Shown here: piece by piece, positions 20,066-28,753 of the stretch
Position numbering within the stretch: position 1 is the stretch's first letter
How the letters are laid out: each line of letters begins with the position of its first letter
Assembly: GCA_964451805.1 (NCBI GenBank)
Contig: CAYVJI010000003.1
Coordinates: forward strand, 1,758 to 65,757
Origin: an uncultured Pelolinea sp.
Lineage (GTDB): Bacteria > Chloroflexota > Anaerolineae > Anaerolineales > Anaerolineaceae
Direction of reading: 5' to 3'
Length of the DNA stretch: 64,000 bases
Notes under the pieces: model-generated
Databases searched by the model: none
What the model was told of the DNA's origin: nothing
What the model saw: only the letters and a program-made list of their open reading frames with translations
Position numbers and translations under genes: made by a program

Positions 20066-21457
20066 ATGGAAAAAGTTTTAAAGAAAGACGATCAGAAAAC
20101 CGCACGATTCAACTCGGACCGGTTTTCCACCGGCTTGGGGGTGCTGATGGCGACCTTGGGTTCTGCCGTTGGTTTGGGAAATATTTGGAAATTTCCCTAT
20201 CTTGCTGGCAGCAACGGCGGCGCGGCATTTTTTATTGTTTACTTGATTTGCACTGTCCTGGTTGGCTTTCCGATCATGGTGGCTGAACAGGTGTTGGGCC
20301 GCAAAGGGCGCGGGGATGCAGTGTCCACTTTCCAGAATCTCAAACCGAAGTCTATGTGGTGGCTGGTGGGAGCTGCGGGTATCCTTTCGGCTTTTTTGAT
20401 CATGGCATTTTATACTGAGGTTGCTGGTTGGGTGTTTGCTTATGTGTTCAAATCCTTCGGGCCTAGTTTGCTCTCCACCGACCCGGCTGTGACTTCTGCG
20501 ATATTTGGTTCGTTGGTTTCTGACCCCTTGCAATCCCTGATCTGGCAGTGGATCGTTCTGTTGGTTGTTGCGGTCATTATCACTCTGGGCGTTACGAAGG
20601 GTATTGAAGGGACAACCAAACGGTTGTTGCCGATCTTGGTTCTGTTGCTGATCTTGGTTGGAATTCGCAGCGTGACACTGCCAAACTCCACCGAGGGTTT
20701 AAAATTCCTTTTTCAGCCGGATTTCTCGAAGATCACGACCTCGGCAGTCTTGACGGCATTAGGGTTGGCGTTTTTTAAATTGTCCATCGGCATGGGCTGC
20801 ATGTTGACATATGGGAGTTATTATCAAGATGACCAGAATATCCCATTGAACGCAGCCAAAGTGGTTTTGGCGGATCTGACTGTTTCAGTGCTGGCAGGGA
20901 TCGCTATCTTTCCAGCCGTGTTTGCTTTCGGATTCGAACCTGCCGCCGGCACGCAATTGTTGTTCATTACTATTCCCAGTGTGTTCGCATCCATGCCCAT
21001 GGGCGGAATGTTCATGGTTCTCTTTTTCTTGTTGACCGCTTTTGCTGCCATCGGTGCAATGATCTCCCTGGTAGAGGTGGTAGTTTCTTTTTTGGTCAAT
21101 CGTGTGAACATGCCGAGAAATAAAGCGACCTGGATCACAGTAGCTGGGATGGCTTTGATGGGTTCCCTGGCGGCATTGTCCAATAGCGCTATGGCAAATG
21201 TAAAAGTGTTCGGCATGAATTTCTTCGATTTGTATGATTATGCCTCTTCGAATGTGCTGCTGCCTTTAGGTGGATTCTTCCTGGCGATTTTCATCACTTG
21301 GGTGTGGGGCTTCCCAAAATTTGAAGCTGCAGTGACCAATGATGGCAGACTTATGAATCGCAGCCTGATCAAGGTCATTTTCCAGATTTTGAAATATCTA
21401 ACCCCTATTTTGGTTGCGATTATTTTATTGACTGGCTTGAATGTGATCAGCTTATAA
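20066..21457 (+). CDS. Sodium-dependent amino acid transporter, NSS/SNF (LeuT/TnaT-like) family
   Basis: GSAVGLGNIWKFPY, GG.AF and AFFKLSIG.G...TYGSY motifs; multiple TMs; SD gaggag before ATG 20066. Confidence 0.93.
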   Translation: MEKVLKKDDQKTARFNSDRFSTGLGVLMATLGSAVGLGNIWKFPYLAGSNGGAAFFIVYLICTVLVGFPIMVAEQVLGRKGRGDAVSTFQNLKPKSMWWLVGAAGILSAFLIMAFYTEVAGWVFAYVFKSFGPSLLSTDPAVTSAIFGSLVSDPLQSLIWQWIVLLVVAVIITLGVTKGIEGTTKRLLPILVLLLILVGIRSVTLPNSTEGLKFLFQPDFSKITTSAVLTALGLAFFKLSIGMGCMLTYGSYYQDDQNIPLNAAKVVLADLTVSVLAGIAIFPAVFAFGFEPAAGTQLLFITIPSVFASMPMGGMFMVLFFLLTAFAAIGAMISLVEVVVSFLVNRVNMPRNKATWITVAGMALMGSLAALSNSAMANVKVFGMNFFDLYDYASSNVLLPLGGFFLAIFITWVWGFPKFEAAVTNDGRLMNRSLIKVIFQILKYLTPILVAIILLTGLNVISL

Positions 21458-21473
21458 AGCATTCTTTCACAAA

Positions 21474-21512
21474 CAGGGCAGTGGATCATTTCTGCTGCCC
21501 TGAATTTTTTTT
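21474..21512 (+). terminator. Intrinsic terminator after the NSS transporter
   Basis: cagggcag...ctgccctg followed by a T tract. Confidence 0.75.
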
Positions 21513-21552
21513 ACCCATAAGTTTCCTGAGAAATAAATCTATGTGGATAGAC

Positions 21553-21578
21553 TGAAACCTCCTTGGATGATTTGCGTA
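21553..21578 (+). promoter_or_regulatory. ECF (SigW-like) promoter of the PspC gene
   Basis: TGAAAC-N16-CGTA, exact match to the SigW-type consensus. Confidence 0.7.
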
Positions 21579-21614
21579 TATAGTGTCATAACTTGTCAGT
21601 AATGTGAGGATATT

Positions 21615-22058
21615 ATGAGCAATCGTCTCTATCGCAGTGAATCTAACCGCGTGCTGGGGGGAGTATGCGCCGGGTTGGGAGGATATCTCGGGGTTGACCC
21701 ATTGTTGATCCGGATTTTTTTTGTTCTGTGGACAATCTTGGGTGAATTGTCTATCTTGGTTTATTTTATTTTGTGGCTGGTCATTCCCAGAGAGAATACT
21801 GCAGATACTTTTCATGCAGAAGATATGCGCGCGCGCTTCAGTCAACTTGGCAGGGAGATCAGTCAAATCGCCCATGAACCTAGTTCGCAGTTGATCACTT
21901 ACACAGGTGTGGGTTTGATCGGTTGGGGGGTTTATTACCTGCTTCAGAGGTTTGGATTCCCATGGATCTCTTGGGACTACACTTCGTATCTCTGGCCGGC
22001 GCTACTGATCTTGGCTGGAGGTTTTGTGCTGTTGCGCACACTCACCAAACGCAAATAA
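21615..22058 (+). CDS. PspC domain membrane protein with C-terminal LiaF/DUF5668-like helices
   Basis: RLYRS..NRVLGGVCAGLG.YLGVDP..IR and Y.ILWLVIP motifs; C-terminal LWPALLILAG. Confidence 0.88.
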   Translation: MSNRLYRSESNRVLGGVCAGLGGYLGVDPLLIRIFFVLWTILGELSILVYFILWLVIPRENTADTFHAEDMRARFSQLGREISQIAHEPSSQLITYTGVGLIGWGVYYLLQRFGFPWISWDYTSYLWPALLILAGGFVLLRTLTKRK

Positions 22059-22175
22059 AAAGTACCCTCTCAACCGATTGAGGGGGGCAACCGGCTGAAA
22101 GGGTATATTGATATTATCATGCAAAAGTTTTTTCCGCAATGAAAAATTGTAAACAATAGATAAATCTTTTTTTTC

Positions 22176-22201
22176 GGGAACTAATTTACAGGTTTTTCGT
22201 T
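22176..22201 (+). promoter_or_regulatory. Probable ECF promoter of the SIMPL gene
   Basis: GGGAAC-N16-CGTT about 30 nt before the start codon. Confidence 0.55.
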
Positions 22202-22230
22202 TACTATTTACATATTCCTTGGAGGTAGTC

Positions 22231-22953
22231 ATGAAAAAAATTACACAAGTGTTGATTGGCGCAGTTCTGTTGCTGGTGGTTTTAGCGGCTTGCGCGCCAG
22301 CGGCGGCTATCACAGCCAGTGAACCGATCCCCCAGATTACCGTGACCGGTTCAGGAATCGTTTATGTTGTGCCGGATACTGCCTACATCAATGTGGGCGT
22401 GAATTCAAAAGGCGACACCGTTACGCAGGCTCTTGAACAAAACAACACTCAAGCGAAAGCCATCAAAGACACCTTAATTGCCCAGGGTGTTGATGAAAAA
22501 GACATTCAGACCTCAAATTTCAATGTTTACCCGCAATCTGAATATGATTTTCAAGGTGTGATTACCCGCACATATTACTCTGTAGATAATACTGTCTATG
22601 TAACGGTGCGCAACCTGGATAATATGAGCAAGATCTTAGATGCAGTGGCAAACAGTGGAGCTAACAACATCTATGGCATCACTTTTGACGTGCAGGATAA
22701 AACAGAGGCGCAAGCCTCTGCCCGCAAGCTGGCTGTGGAATCCGCACAAAACCAGGCGGCGGAACTGGCGCAGGCTGCTGGAGTGGAAATGGGTGATCTT
22801 ATCACAATCAGCTCATACTACAGCTCCCCGATGTATTATTACGGGATGGGCGGCGGTGGGGGTGCCGGTTATGCTATGTCTGAGACTGTGCCGATAGCTT
22901 CAGGGCAGATTCAGGTAAGCGCGGAAGTGACTATGTCGTTTGCGATTCAATAG
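22231..22953 (+). CDS. SIMPL (DUF541) domain lipoprotein
   Basis: Lipobox LAAC; ITVTGSG.V...PD.A, DIQTSNF.V.P and GANNI.GI.F motifs; SD ggagg. Confidence 0.88.
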   Translation: MKKITQVLIGAVLLLVVLAACAPAAAITASEPIPQITVTGSGIVYVVPDTAYINVGVNSKGDTVTQALEQNNTQAKAIKDTLIAQGVDEKDIQTSNFNVYPQSEYDFQGVITRTYYSVDNTVYVTVRNLDNMSKILDAVANSGANNIYGITFDVQDKTEAQASARKLAVESAQNQAAELAQAAGVEMGDLITISSYYSSPMYYYGMGGGGGAGYAMSETVPIASGQIQVSAEVTMSFAIQ

Positions 22954-22970
22954 AATCAGCAAAAAATGAC

Positions 22971-23007
22971 AAAGAAATCGGTGAGATACATCTCACCGAT
23001 TTCTTTT
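22971..23007. terminator. Bidirectional terminator between the SIMPL gene and cdsA
   Basis: aaagaaatcggtgaga-taca-tctcaccgatttcttt perfect stem. Confidence 0.85.
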
Positions 23008-23010
23008 GGA

Positions 23011-23820
23011 TCATAAAAAAAGGTATTGGATTAATAAATAACTGCTGATCGCTGCCCAAAGCCAGGTATCAATGCGGTCTAGCACTCCCCCATGACCGGG
23101 AATCAAGTTGCCGGTATTTTTTACGCCAAATTGACGTTTAAAGATGCTTTTTGCCAGGTCTCCCAGAGGGCAGATGATGCCGACCGCCAGCCCGATCCAG
23201 AGTCCTCGTGCAGCAGAGAAATTGGATTGAGATAGCCCCAGGCAAAGTCCGGCTGCATAGCCGCTCAGAGTGGAGGTCAGCACGCCGCCTGCATAACCTT
23301 CAATGGTTTTGTTGGGGCTGATTTCAGGAGCGATCTTGTGTTTGCCCAGCAGATTTCCAATAAAAAAGGCTCCTATATCGCTCAATCCAGCGGGCAGAAT
23401 ACATTGAATGATCCAGAACAAGCCATCCGGTAAAAAACGCAACCGAATCAAGAAGAATCCCATGAATGCAACAAACAACGCACCTGCCAAACTGATGGCA
23501 AAATCAAATCCGGCAGTTTTTTGATGTTTGGAAAAACTGATGATATGAAAAATGGTCAATGATAGGATTAGAAGGATGAAAGCTGTCTGGTGCAGCAGGA
23601 CCTGTTCAGTTTTTCCGCTCAGAGCCGTAAAAAAAGTGCCAAGGGTTAATACCATTCTGGCGGGGGCGTAACCGCCGCGCACGAACAAACTGGAAAATTC
23701 CCAAGCCCCTATTGCCAGGATGATGGCAACGCTGATAGTATAGACCCAACCCCCCGCAAATATCAACCCCAAGCCCAGGCTGATGATGACGATTGCGCTG
23801 AGAGTGCGTTTAAGCAGCAT
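23011..23820 (-). CDS. cdsA: Phosphatidate cytidylyltransferase
   Basis: ISPNKTIEG, GDL..S.FKR and IPGHGGVLDRID motifs; overlaps the uppS stop. Confidence 0.93.
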   Translation of the reverse strand: MLLKRTLSAIVIISLGLGLIFAGGWVYTISVAIILAIGAWEFSSLFVRGGYAPARMVLTLGTFFTALSGKTEQVLLHQTAFILLILSLTIFHIISFSKHQKTAGFDFAISLAGALFVAFMGFFLIRLRFLPDGLFWIIQCILPAGLSDIGAFFIGNLLGKHKIAPEISPNKTIEGYAGGVLTSTLSGYAAGLCLGLSQSNFSAARGLWIGLAVGIICPLGDLAKSIFKRQFGVKNTGNLIPGHGGVLDRIDTWLWAAISSYLLIQYLFL

Positions 23821-24559
23821 AGTTTTCTTGACTTGATGCAGTGGGGCGGCCGCCAAAGCGGCGTTCGCGGTTGGAATAATCCTCAATAGCCTTGCGTAAG
23901 GCCTCCTTATCAAAATCAGGCCACAGGGTTTCGGTGAAGTACCATTCAGAGTAAGCACTCTGCCAGATCAGAAAATTTGATGTGCGCAACTCCCCTGAGG
24001 TGCGAATCACGAGGTCTGGGTCGGGAATATCGCCGGTGAATAGATACTGTTTCATGGTGTTTTCAGTGATTTCCTGCGGTTTGATTTTCTTCTCAAGCAT
24101 GCTGCGGCAGGCATGAACGATCTCATCGCGCCCCCCGTAATTCCAAGCAATATTAAGGATTAAACGTGAATTATTGATGGTCAATTGGATGGCATCCTCA
24201 ATTTTGGCGCGCAATTTGTCGGGCAGACGCTCGAGGCGCCCAATGTGGCAAAGGCGCACACCTTGTTGGTGAAGTTCGGCGATTTCTCGTTCGAGCACCT
24301 CCCCCATGATCTGCAATAATCCTTCCACTTCATCGGTTGGCCGCTTCCAGTTTTCGGTTGAGAAAGCGTAGATGGTGAGATATTGAATGCCAAGTTCAAC
24401 GCAAGCGGTGATGATGCGGCGCAGGTTTTCGGTGCCGGCGCGGTGACCTGCCATGCGCGGCAGGTGCCGGGCTTCTGCCCAGCGCCCGTTGCCATCCATA
24501 ATGATGGCAACGTGCTGGGGAATTTTGAGCGTCAGGTTTTGTTTTGTTTGATCCGGCAT
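23810..24559 (-). CDS. uppS: Undecaprenyl diphosphate synthase (cis-prenyltransferase)
   Basis: HVAIIMDGNGRWA, YAFSTENW, IRTSGELRTSNFL.WQ and RRFGG motifs. Confidence 0.97.
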   Translation of the reverse strand: MPDQTKQNLTLKIPQHVAIIMDGNGRWAEARHLPRMAGHRAGTENLRRIITACVELGIQYLTIYAFSTENWKRPTDEVEGLLQIMGEVLEREIAELHQQGVRLCHIGRLERLPDKLRAKIEDAIQLTINNSRLILNIAWNYGGRDEIVHACRSMLEKKIKPQEITENTMKQYLFTGDIPDPDLVIRTSGELRTSNFLIWQSAYSEWYFTETLWPDFDKEALRKAIEDYSNRERRFGGRPTASSQENYAA

Positions 24560-24567
24560 AATGCTGA

Positions 24568-25125
24568 TCAGATCTCCATGATTTCCTGTTCTTTTTTCTT
24601 ACCAATCTCGTTGATCTCTTCAATGATCTTATCAGTGAGTTTTTGAATTTCTCCCTCCCCTTGTTTTAAATCATCCTCCGAGATCAGTTTGCCTTCTTCG
24701 AATTCACGCAGATCTTTATTGGAATCCCGCCGCACGTTTCGTATAGAAACGCGTGCTTCTTCCAACCGGTTGTTCACGAATTTTGTTAATTCGCGGCGTC
24801 GTTCTTCGGTCAGGGGTGGTAAGTTCAGGCGGATCACTTTCCCATCGTTCATGGGTGTAATTCCAAGTTCGGAAGATTGTATAGCCCGTTCGATATCTTT
24901 AATGGAAGACGCGTCAAACGGTTTGATCATCAATTGCCGAGGTTCTGGCACGCTGATGCTTGCCAATTGCATCAATGGCACCGGAGAGCCGTAGTATTCA
25001 ATGGAAAGTTTTTCCACCAATGCCGGGCTGGCTCGCCCAGTGCGAACACCGGCTAAATCATCCACTAAGGATTGAATGGCGCTATGCATTCTCTTTTCTG
25101 CATCAGCAACAGCTTCTTTTATCAT
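24568..25125 (-). CDS. frr: Ribosome recycling factor
   Basis: RTGRA, YYG, PPLTEERR and IRNVRR motifs; SD aggagg before 25125. Confidence 0.97.
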   Translation of the reverse strand: MIKEAVADAEKRMHSAIQSLVDDLAGVRTGRASPALVEKLSIEYYGSPVPLMQLASISVPEPRQLMIKPFDASSIKDIERAIQSSELGITPMNDGKVIRLNLPPLTEERRRELTKFVNNRLEEARVSIRNVRRDSNKDLREFEEGKLISEDDLKQGEGEIQKLTDKIIEEINEIGKKKEQEIMEI

Positions 25126-25236
25126 GTTAACCTCCTTGCTTGTAAAACCGGAAATTTCTATTTGATGGTTAAGCATACCTTAATTGACATGAAAATTCCA
25201 TGAATTTCAGTATTCGCGGCTCTATTTGTTGAAATA

Positions 25237-25254
25237 GAACATATATGCTATAAT
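25237..25254 (+). promoter_or_regulatory. Extended -10 promoter overlapped by a degenerate LexA box
   Basis: AGAAC-ATAT-ATGC immediately followed by TATAAT (TGcTATAAT); ATG lies 8 nt downstream. Confidence 0.5.
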
Positions 25255-25262
25255 GATCTCGT

Positions 25263-25490
25263 ATGAAACAAGGCATGCTTTGGTATGATAACCAGCCTAA
25301 TCGCGCAGTTGAATTGCGCATTCAAAATGCGGTGGATTATTTTATAAAGAAATATGGGCATCCGCCTCTATGTTGTTTTGTTCATCCGGATATGATCAAG
25401 AATTCGCTGCAATTGAAAAATAATATCAAAGTCATGCCGAATGAGCGCATCTTAAAAAATCATATATGGCTGGAGATCTGCCAGGATTAA
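25263..25490 (+). CDS. Small hypothetical protein (75 aa)
   Basis: Fills the intergenic gap; own promoter; protein-like sequence GMLWYD...KYG.PP.CCFVHP. Confidence 0.75.
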   Translation: MKQGMLWYDNQPNRAVELRIQNAVDYFIKKYGHPPLCCFVHPDMIKNSLQLKNNIKVMPNERILKNHIWLEICQD

Positions 25491-25518
25491 TCCTTTGACA
25501 AAATTCTCTTCATAATTC

Positions 25519-26436
25519 TTACTCGGTTTTTCCGAGGAACTTTTTAATCTCTCGGAATATCTGTTGGATGCGCAGGTTCATTCTTGATTGACGGAAATGC
25601 CTGGCAGCTTCTTCAAAAGTGATCTCTTTTTTATGGGTGCTTTTTAAGAATGCCAGATGTTCTATGATCCATAGGTATAGATCTGCTTCGGTGCGCTTAG
25701 GAAAGTGTTCAAGGATGTGATATTTCCGGATGATCTCAATCATTGGCGCATAGATGTGATCGTACCAACTTCCAACTGCCTCAGAAAAATCGACTTCACG
25801 CTGCAGGAATTCCCCCGTGTAATAGCGGTGTACTGAAATATGGTCCAATAACTTAGCGTATTGGCCCAGCAAGGAGAGATTGATTTCTACATTTGGACGG
25901 ATCTTTTTTAATCCGGTTCGCTCATAGAAATCCTGATGTTCCTGTTTCAGCAGAACATCATGCCAATCAAATTCTCCCTGCAGTTCAAACGGGATCTCTA
26001 GTTCAATGACGTGCGCGTCGATGAATTTTTGACCTTTTTCTCTGGCAACAGAGATGCGGTGATTTCCGTCAATCACAAAATAAAATTCCCCGATTTGATA
26101 CACTTCAACCGGCGGCAGGTATTCACCTTGCATATAAACCCTATCAATATTTTCCCATCGTCCGCGGGTGTGGGTCTGAATCGGCAAGAAACTGTCATCG
26201 AAGTCCTGGTAACGGTTGAGGCTGCCTATGATTTTTTCAATTTCAATTTCCTGCATACCCCGATCGCGCTGACCGCGGATGGCCAGTTGCTTGCGTAAAT
26301 CCGCGAATGAAACCAGCCCATGCCTTTTTTGGGAAAAGTGCTTGATGATCGTGCGAATGAAGCCTTTCTTATATGCTTGATCAAAGTCCTGTGCGACCAG
26401 GCGATCATAATAAGATGGAGAATTGCTGGCTGCCAT
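25519..26436 (-). CDS. ParB/Srx-like N-terminal domain protein with DUF4032-like C-terminal region
   Basis: PPVEVY.....YFVIDGNHRISVA (GxxR box); C-terminal WY...Y.P....ADLYLWI..H; no HTH evident. Confidence 0.75.
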   Translation of the reverse strand: MAASNSPSYYDRLVAQDFDQAYKKGFIRTIIKHFSQKRHGLVSFADLRKQLAIRGQRDRGMQEIEIEKIIGSLNRYQDFDDSFLPIQTHTRGRWENIDRVYMQGEYLPPVEVYQIGEFYFVIDGNHRISVAREKGQKFIDAHVIELEIPFELQGEFDWHDVLLKQEHQDFYERTGLKKIRPNVEINLSLLGQYAKLLDHISVHRYYTGEFLQREVDFSEAVGSWYDHIYAPMIEIIRKYHILEHFPKRTEADLYLWIIEHLAFLKSTHKKEITFEEAARHFRQSRMNLRIQQIFREIKKFLGKTE

Positions 26437-26442
26437 ATCTTT

Positions 26443-27069
26443 TTAAAAATTGATGACCTGATAACCGGTGACATTGATTACTTCGGTGCTTTCAAAGGTT
26501 GTCTTTACGCTGCTCTTCTGTAAATAATCACGCACATGCCCATGCAAATGATATTTTGGTTGAAACACTTCCAGAAACCAACGAAAAGCTTTTATACCCT
26601 GATGGGGTAAATCTGGCAGATCGTTGATTTTCCAGGCAGGGGCATGCGTGACAAATATATCCACAAAGCGGTTGTGGCGCATGTAATTGAGAAAAAGTGC
26701 GGGAACAAGCCGAAAAACGAATTGCCACATCTGATTTTGACTGTATTGATGCTCTCCATAGTTGTATGCCAGACTTCCCTCAATGCCAGCCAGGCTGATG
26801 CCCTCCTTCGTGCGCAGCACTTTAAGGTGAAGATCTCTGGCTCCTTGGGGACCGTTGCTTTGGCGCGTATCCCCAATTTCACTTTTTGGAGCGTGGTTTC
26901 CTTTGACAAAATATAACTCTTTATTTGACATGCTAATGATATATTCTAAGTATTGGTAGGGCAGGTCTCCGCAGCTGATGATGAATCCGATATCTTTCAG
27001 CTCATCTCCGCCAATGTTTCGGTAGATGTATTGGGATTCCACATCACTGACTGCTAGAATCTTTGCCAT
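26443..27069 (-). CDS. Calcineurin-like metallophosphoesterase
   Basis: SDxE, GDL, GNH, THAP and HGH metal-binding motifs. Confidence 0.88.
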   Translation of the reverse strand: MAKILAVSDVESQYIYRNIGGDELKDIGFIISCGDLPYQYLEYIISMSNKELYFVKGNHAPKSEIGDTRQSNGPQGARDLHLKVLRTKEGISLAGIEGSLAYNYGEHQYSQNQMWQFVFRLVPALFLNYMRHNRFVDIFVTHAPAWKINDLPDLPHQGIKAFRWFLEVFQPKYHLHGHVRDYLQKSSVKTTFESTEVINVTGYQVINF

Positions 27070-27078
27070 TTGAACGGG

Positions 27079-27453
27079 TTACCTATCAGGTATAAGGCAA
27101 AATGCAACCGCGTTGGCTAATTGACGTGTGTGAGTGATGCTGAGAGACCATTCGGTAATTCCTGTGGATTTCGCGGTTTTTGCGGCATTGCCAAGCAGTA
27201 CGACAGTAGGAGCTCCCTGCTGGGAGTGCAGAATTTTTATTTCCTGCCAGCTTACAGGACCGATTCCACAGCCCAGAGCTTTTACCACTGCTTCCTTGGC
27301 TGCGAATATCCCGGCTGCCCTTTCCATGCTGCCGTTAATATACTCATGTTCTTCTAAGGTAAATACCCGTTGAAAAAAGAGAGCGAGGATTTCAGGTTTT
27401 ATGTTCCTGAAGCGCTCTACTTCTATTAGATCAATGCCGCAGGCCGTGCGCAT
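27079..27453 (-). CDS. acpS: Holo-[acyl-carrier-protein] synthase
   Basis: GIDLIEVER, FAAKEAVVKALG and LSITH motifs. Confidence 0.93.
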   Translation of the reverse strand: MRTACGIDLIEVERFRNIKPEILALFFQRVFTLEEHEYINGSMERAAGIFAAKEAVVKALGCGIGPVSWQEIKILHSQQGAPTVVLLGNAAKTAKSTGITEWSLSITHTRQLANAVAFCLIPDR

Positions 27454-27455
27454 GT

Positions 27456-28751
27456 TCAGCCAATGTCCTCGCCCGGACCAGCGCTGGCGATAACCAACCG
27501 CTCCGGATTCAAATATTTTTGCGCCACTGAGAGGATATCATCCGCTTCAATGAAGTTGACCAAGTCTGCATAACGTTGATAATAGTCTAAACCGAGTTGA
27601 AAACGCTCCATAGTTAGAATCGCATTCGCCAGCCCGGCATTTGTTTCCAGCGTAATGGGTAAATGCCCAACCAGAAAAGATTTTGAATTGGCAAGTTCTT
27701 CTTGCGATACGGGTGAAGAGATAAAACGCTCAATCTCAGTTTTGATAAGCCGGATAGTTTTTTGGAGATTTTTTTCATTCGTGCCTGCAGAAAAATCCCA
27801 GGTACCGCTTTCAGCCCATGAATTCAGGCTGCTGGATGCATAGTACGCGAGACCGGAACGGGAGCGTACGCTTTCACCAATCCTGCCCATCAAACCAAAT
27901 TGACCGAGGATATTATTGCCAAGGTATGCAGGCAAAAAGTCTTCCGAAATTCGTTGCGGTCCTCTGCTTCCCAAAATCAAGTCTACCTGGCTTTTTTCCT
28001 CAATCTTGCGATGCTGACGGATAGTCTTTTTGGGAGGCGGAGGCAGCTTGGGCAGGGCAATATCATTGTTGTCATGCGCTTCCCATTCTGCGAAATACTT
28101 TTCAGCAAGCTGGAATACATCCTTGCTGGAGATTGCGCCCGCAATAACCAAGATCATCCCATGAGGAGAATAATACTGATGGTGGAAAGCTGCCAGGTCA
28201 TCTCGATTGATTTGTTGAATTGTGGCTGGATAACCATCCAATGGTTTTCCATATGGATGGTCTGGAAATAGATTCTGATCGAATAATTGGGAAGCAACTT
28301 CGGCGGTATCTTGGTCACGGATCGTCAGACTGGTCAATAATTGTGCCCGCAGCCGATTTGAGTATTCTTGATCGAAAGCGGGCATCTGTATAGATTCTGC
28401 ACTGAGCTCCAATAGGGTCTGGGCATCCTCTGCCAGGGATTTGCCGTGAAACCAGGTGTGGTTTGCGCCACAACTGAATGTTAAGTTTGCCCCCCGTTCT
28501 TCTAGGTTCTGATGGATTTCATTAAACTTTCTTTTCTTTGTTCCTCTAGTGAGCATGCTCGCAGTGAAATGAGCCAGACCCAATTTTTCAATAGGATCCC
28601 ACACACTGCCGCAATTCAGCAAGCCAACCAGATACACCGTTTTCGTATTGAAATTGCTGAAAGTCAATACTGTAATCCCGTTTGACAGAACAATACGGTT
28701 GATGGTATTTGGACCGGGCATTTGTGACCATTTTTTTTGTGATGCAGCCAT
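27456..28751 (-). CDS. M16 family peptidase, non-catalytic subunit
   Basis: M16 fold with LSNG, GLAHFTASML (no HxxEH) and R...GLAY. Confidence 0.85.
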   Translation of the reverse strand: MAASQKKWSQMPGPNTINRIVLSNGITVLTFSNFNTKTVYLVGLLNCGSVWDPIEKLGLAHFTASMLTRGTKKRKFNEIHQNLEERGANLTFSCGANHTWFHGKSLAEDAQTLLELSAESIQMPAFDQEYSNRLRAQLLTSLTIRDQDTAEVASQLFDQNLFPDHPYGKPLDGYPATIQQINRDDLAAFHHQYYSPHGMILVIAGAISSKDVFQLAEKYFAEWEAHDNNDIALPKLPPPPKKTIRQHRKIEEKSQVDLILGSRGPQRISEDFLPAYLGNNILGQFGLMGRIGESVRSRSGLAYYASSSLNSWAESGTWDFSAGTNEKNLQKTIRLIKTEIERFISSPVSQEELANSKSFLVGHLPITLETNAGLANAILTMERFQLGLDYYQRYADLVNFIEADDILSVAQKYLNPERLVIASAGPGEDIG

Positions 28752-28753
28752 GA

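Noticed and set aside
25519-26436. Chromosome partition locus or replication origin
   Set aside because: No parA, parS palindrome, HTH or DnaA-box cluster seen.
27456-28751. Degenerate or pseudogenised peptidase lacking HxxEH
   Set aside because: Normal non-catalytic partner of an M16B heterodimer.
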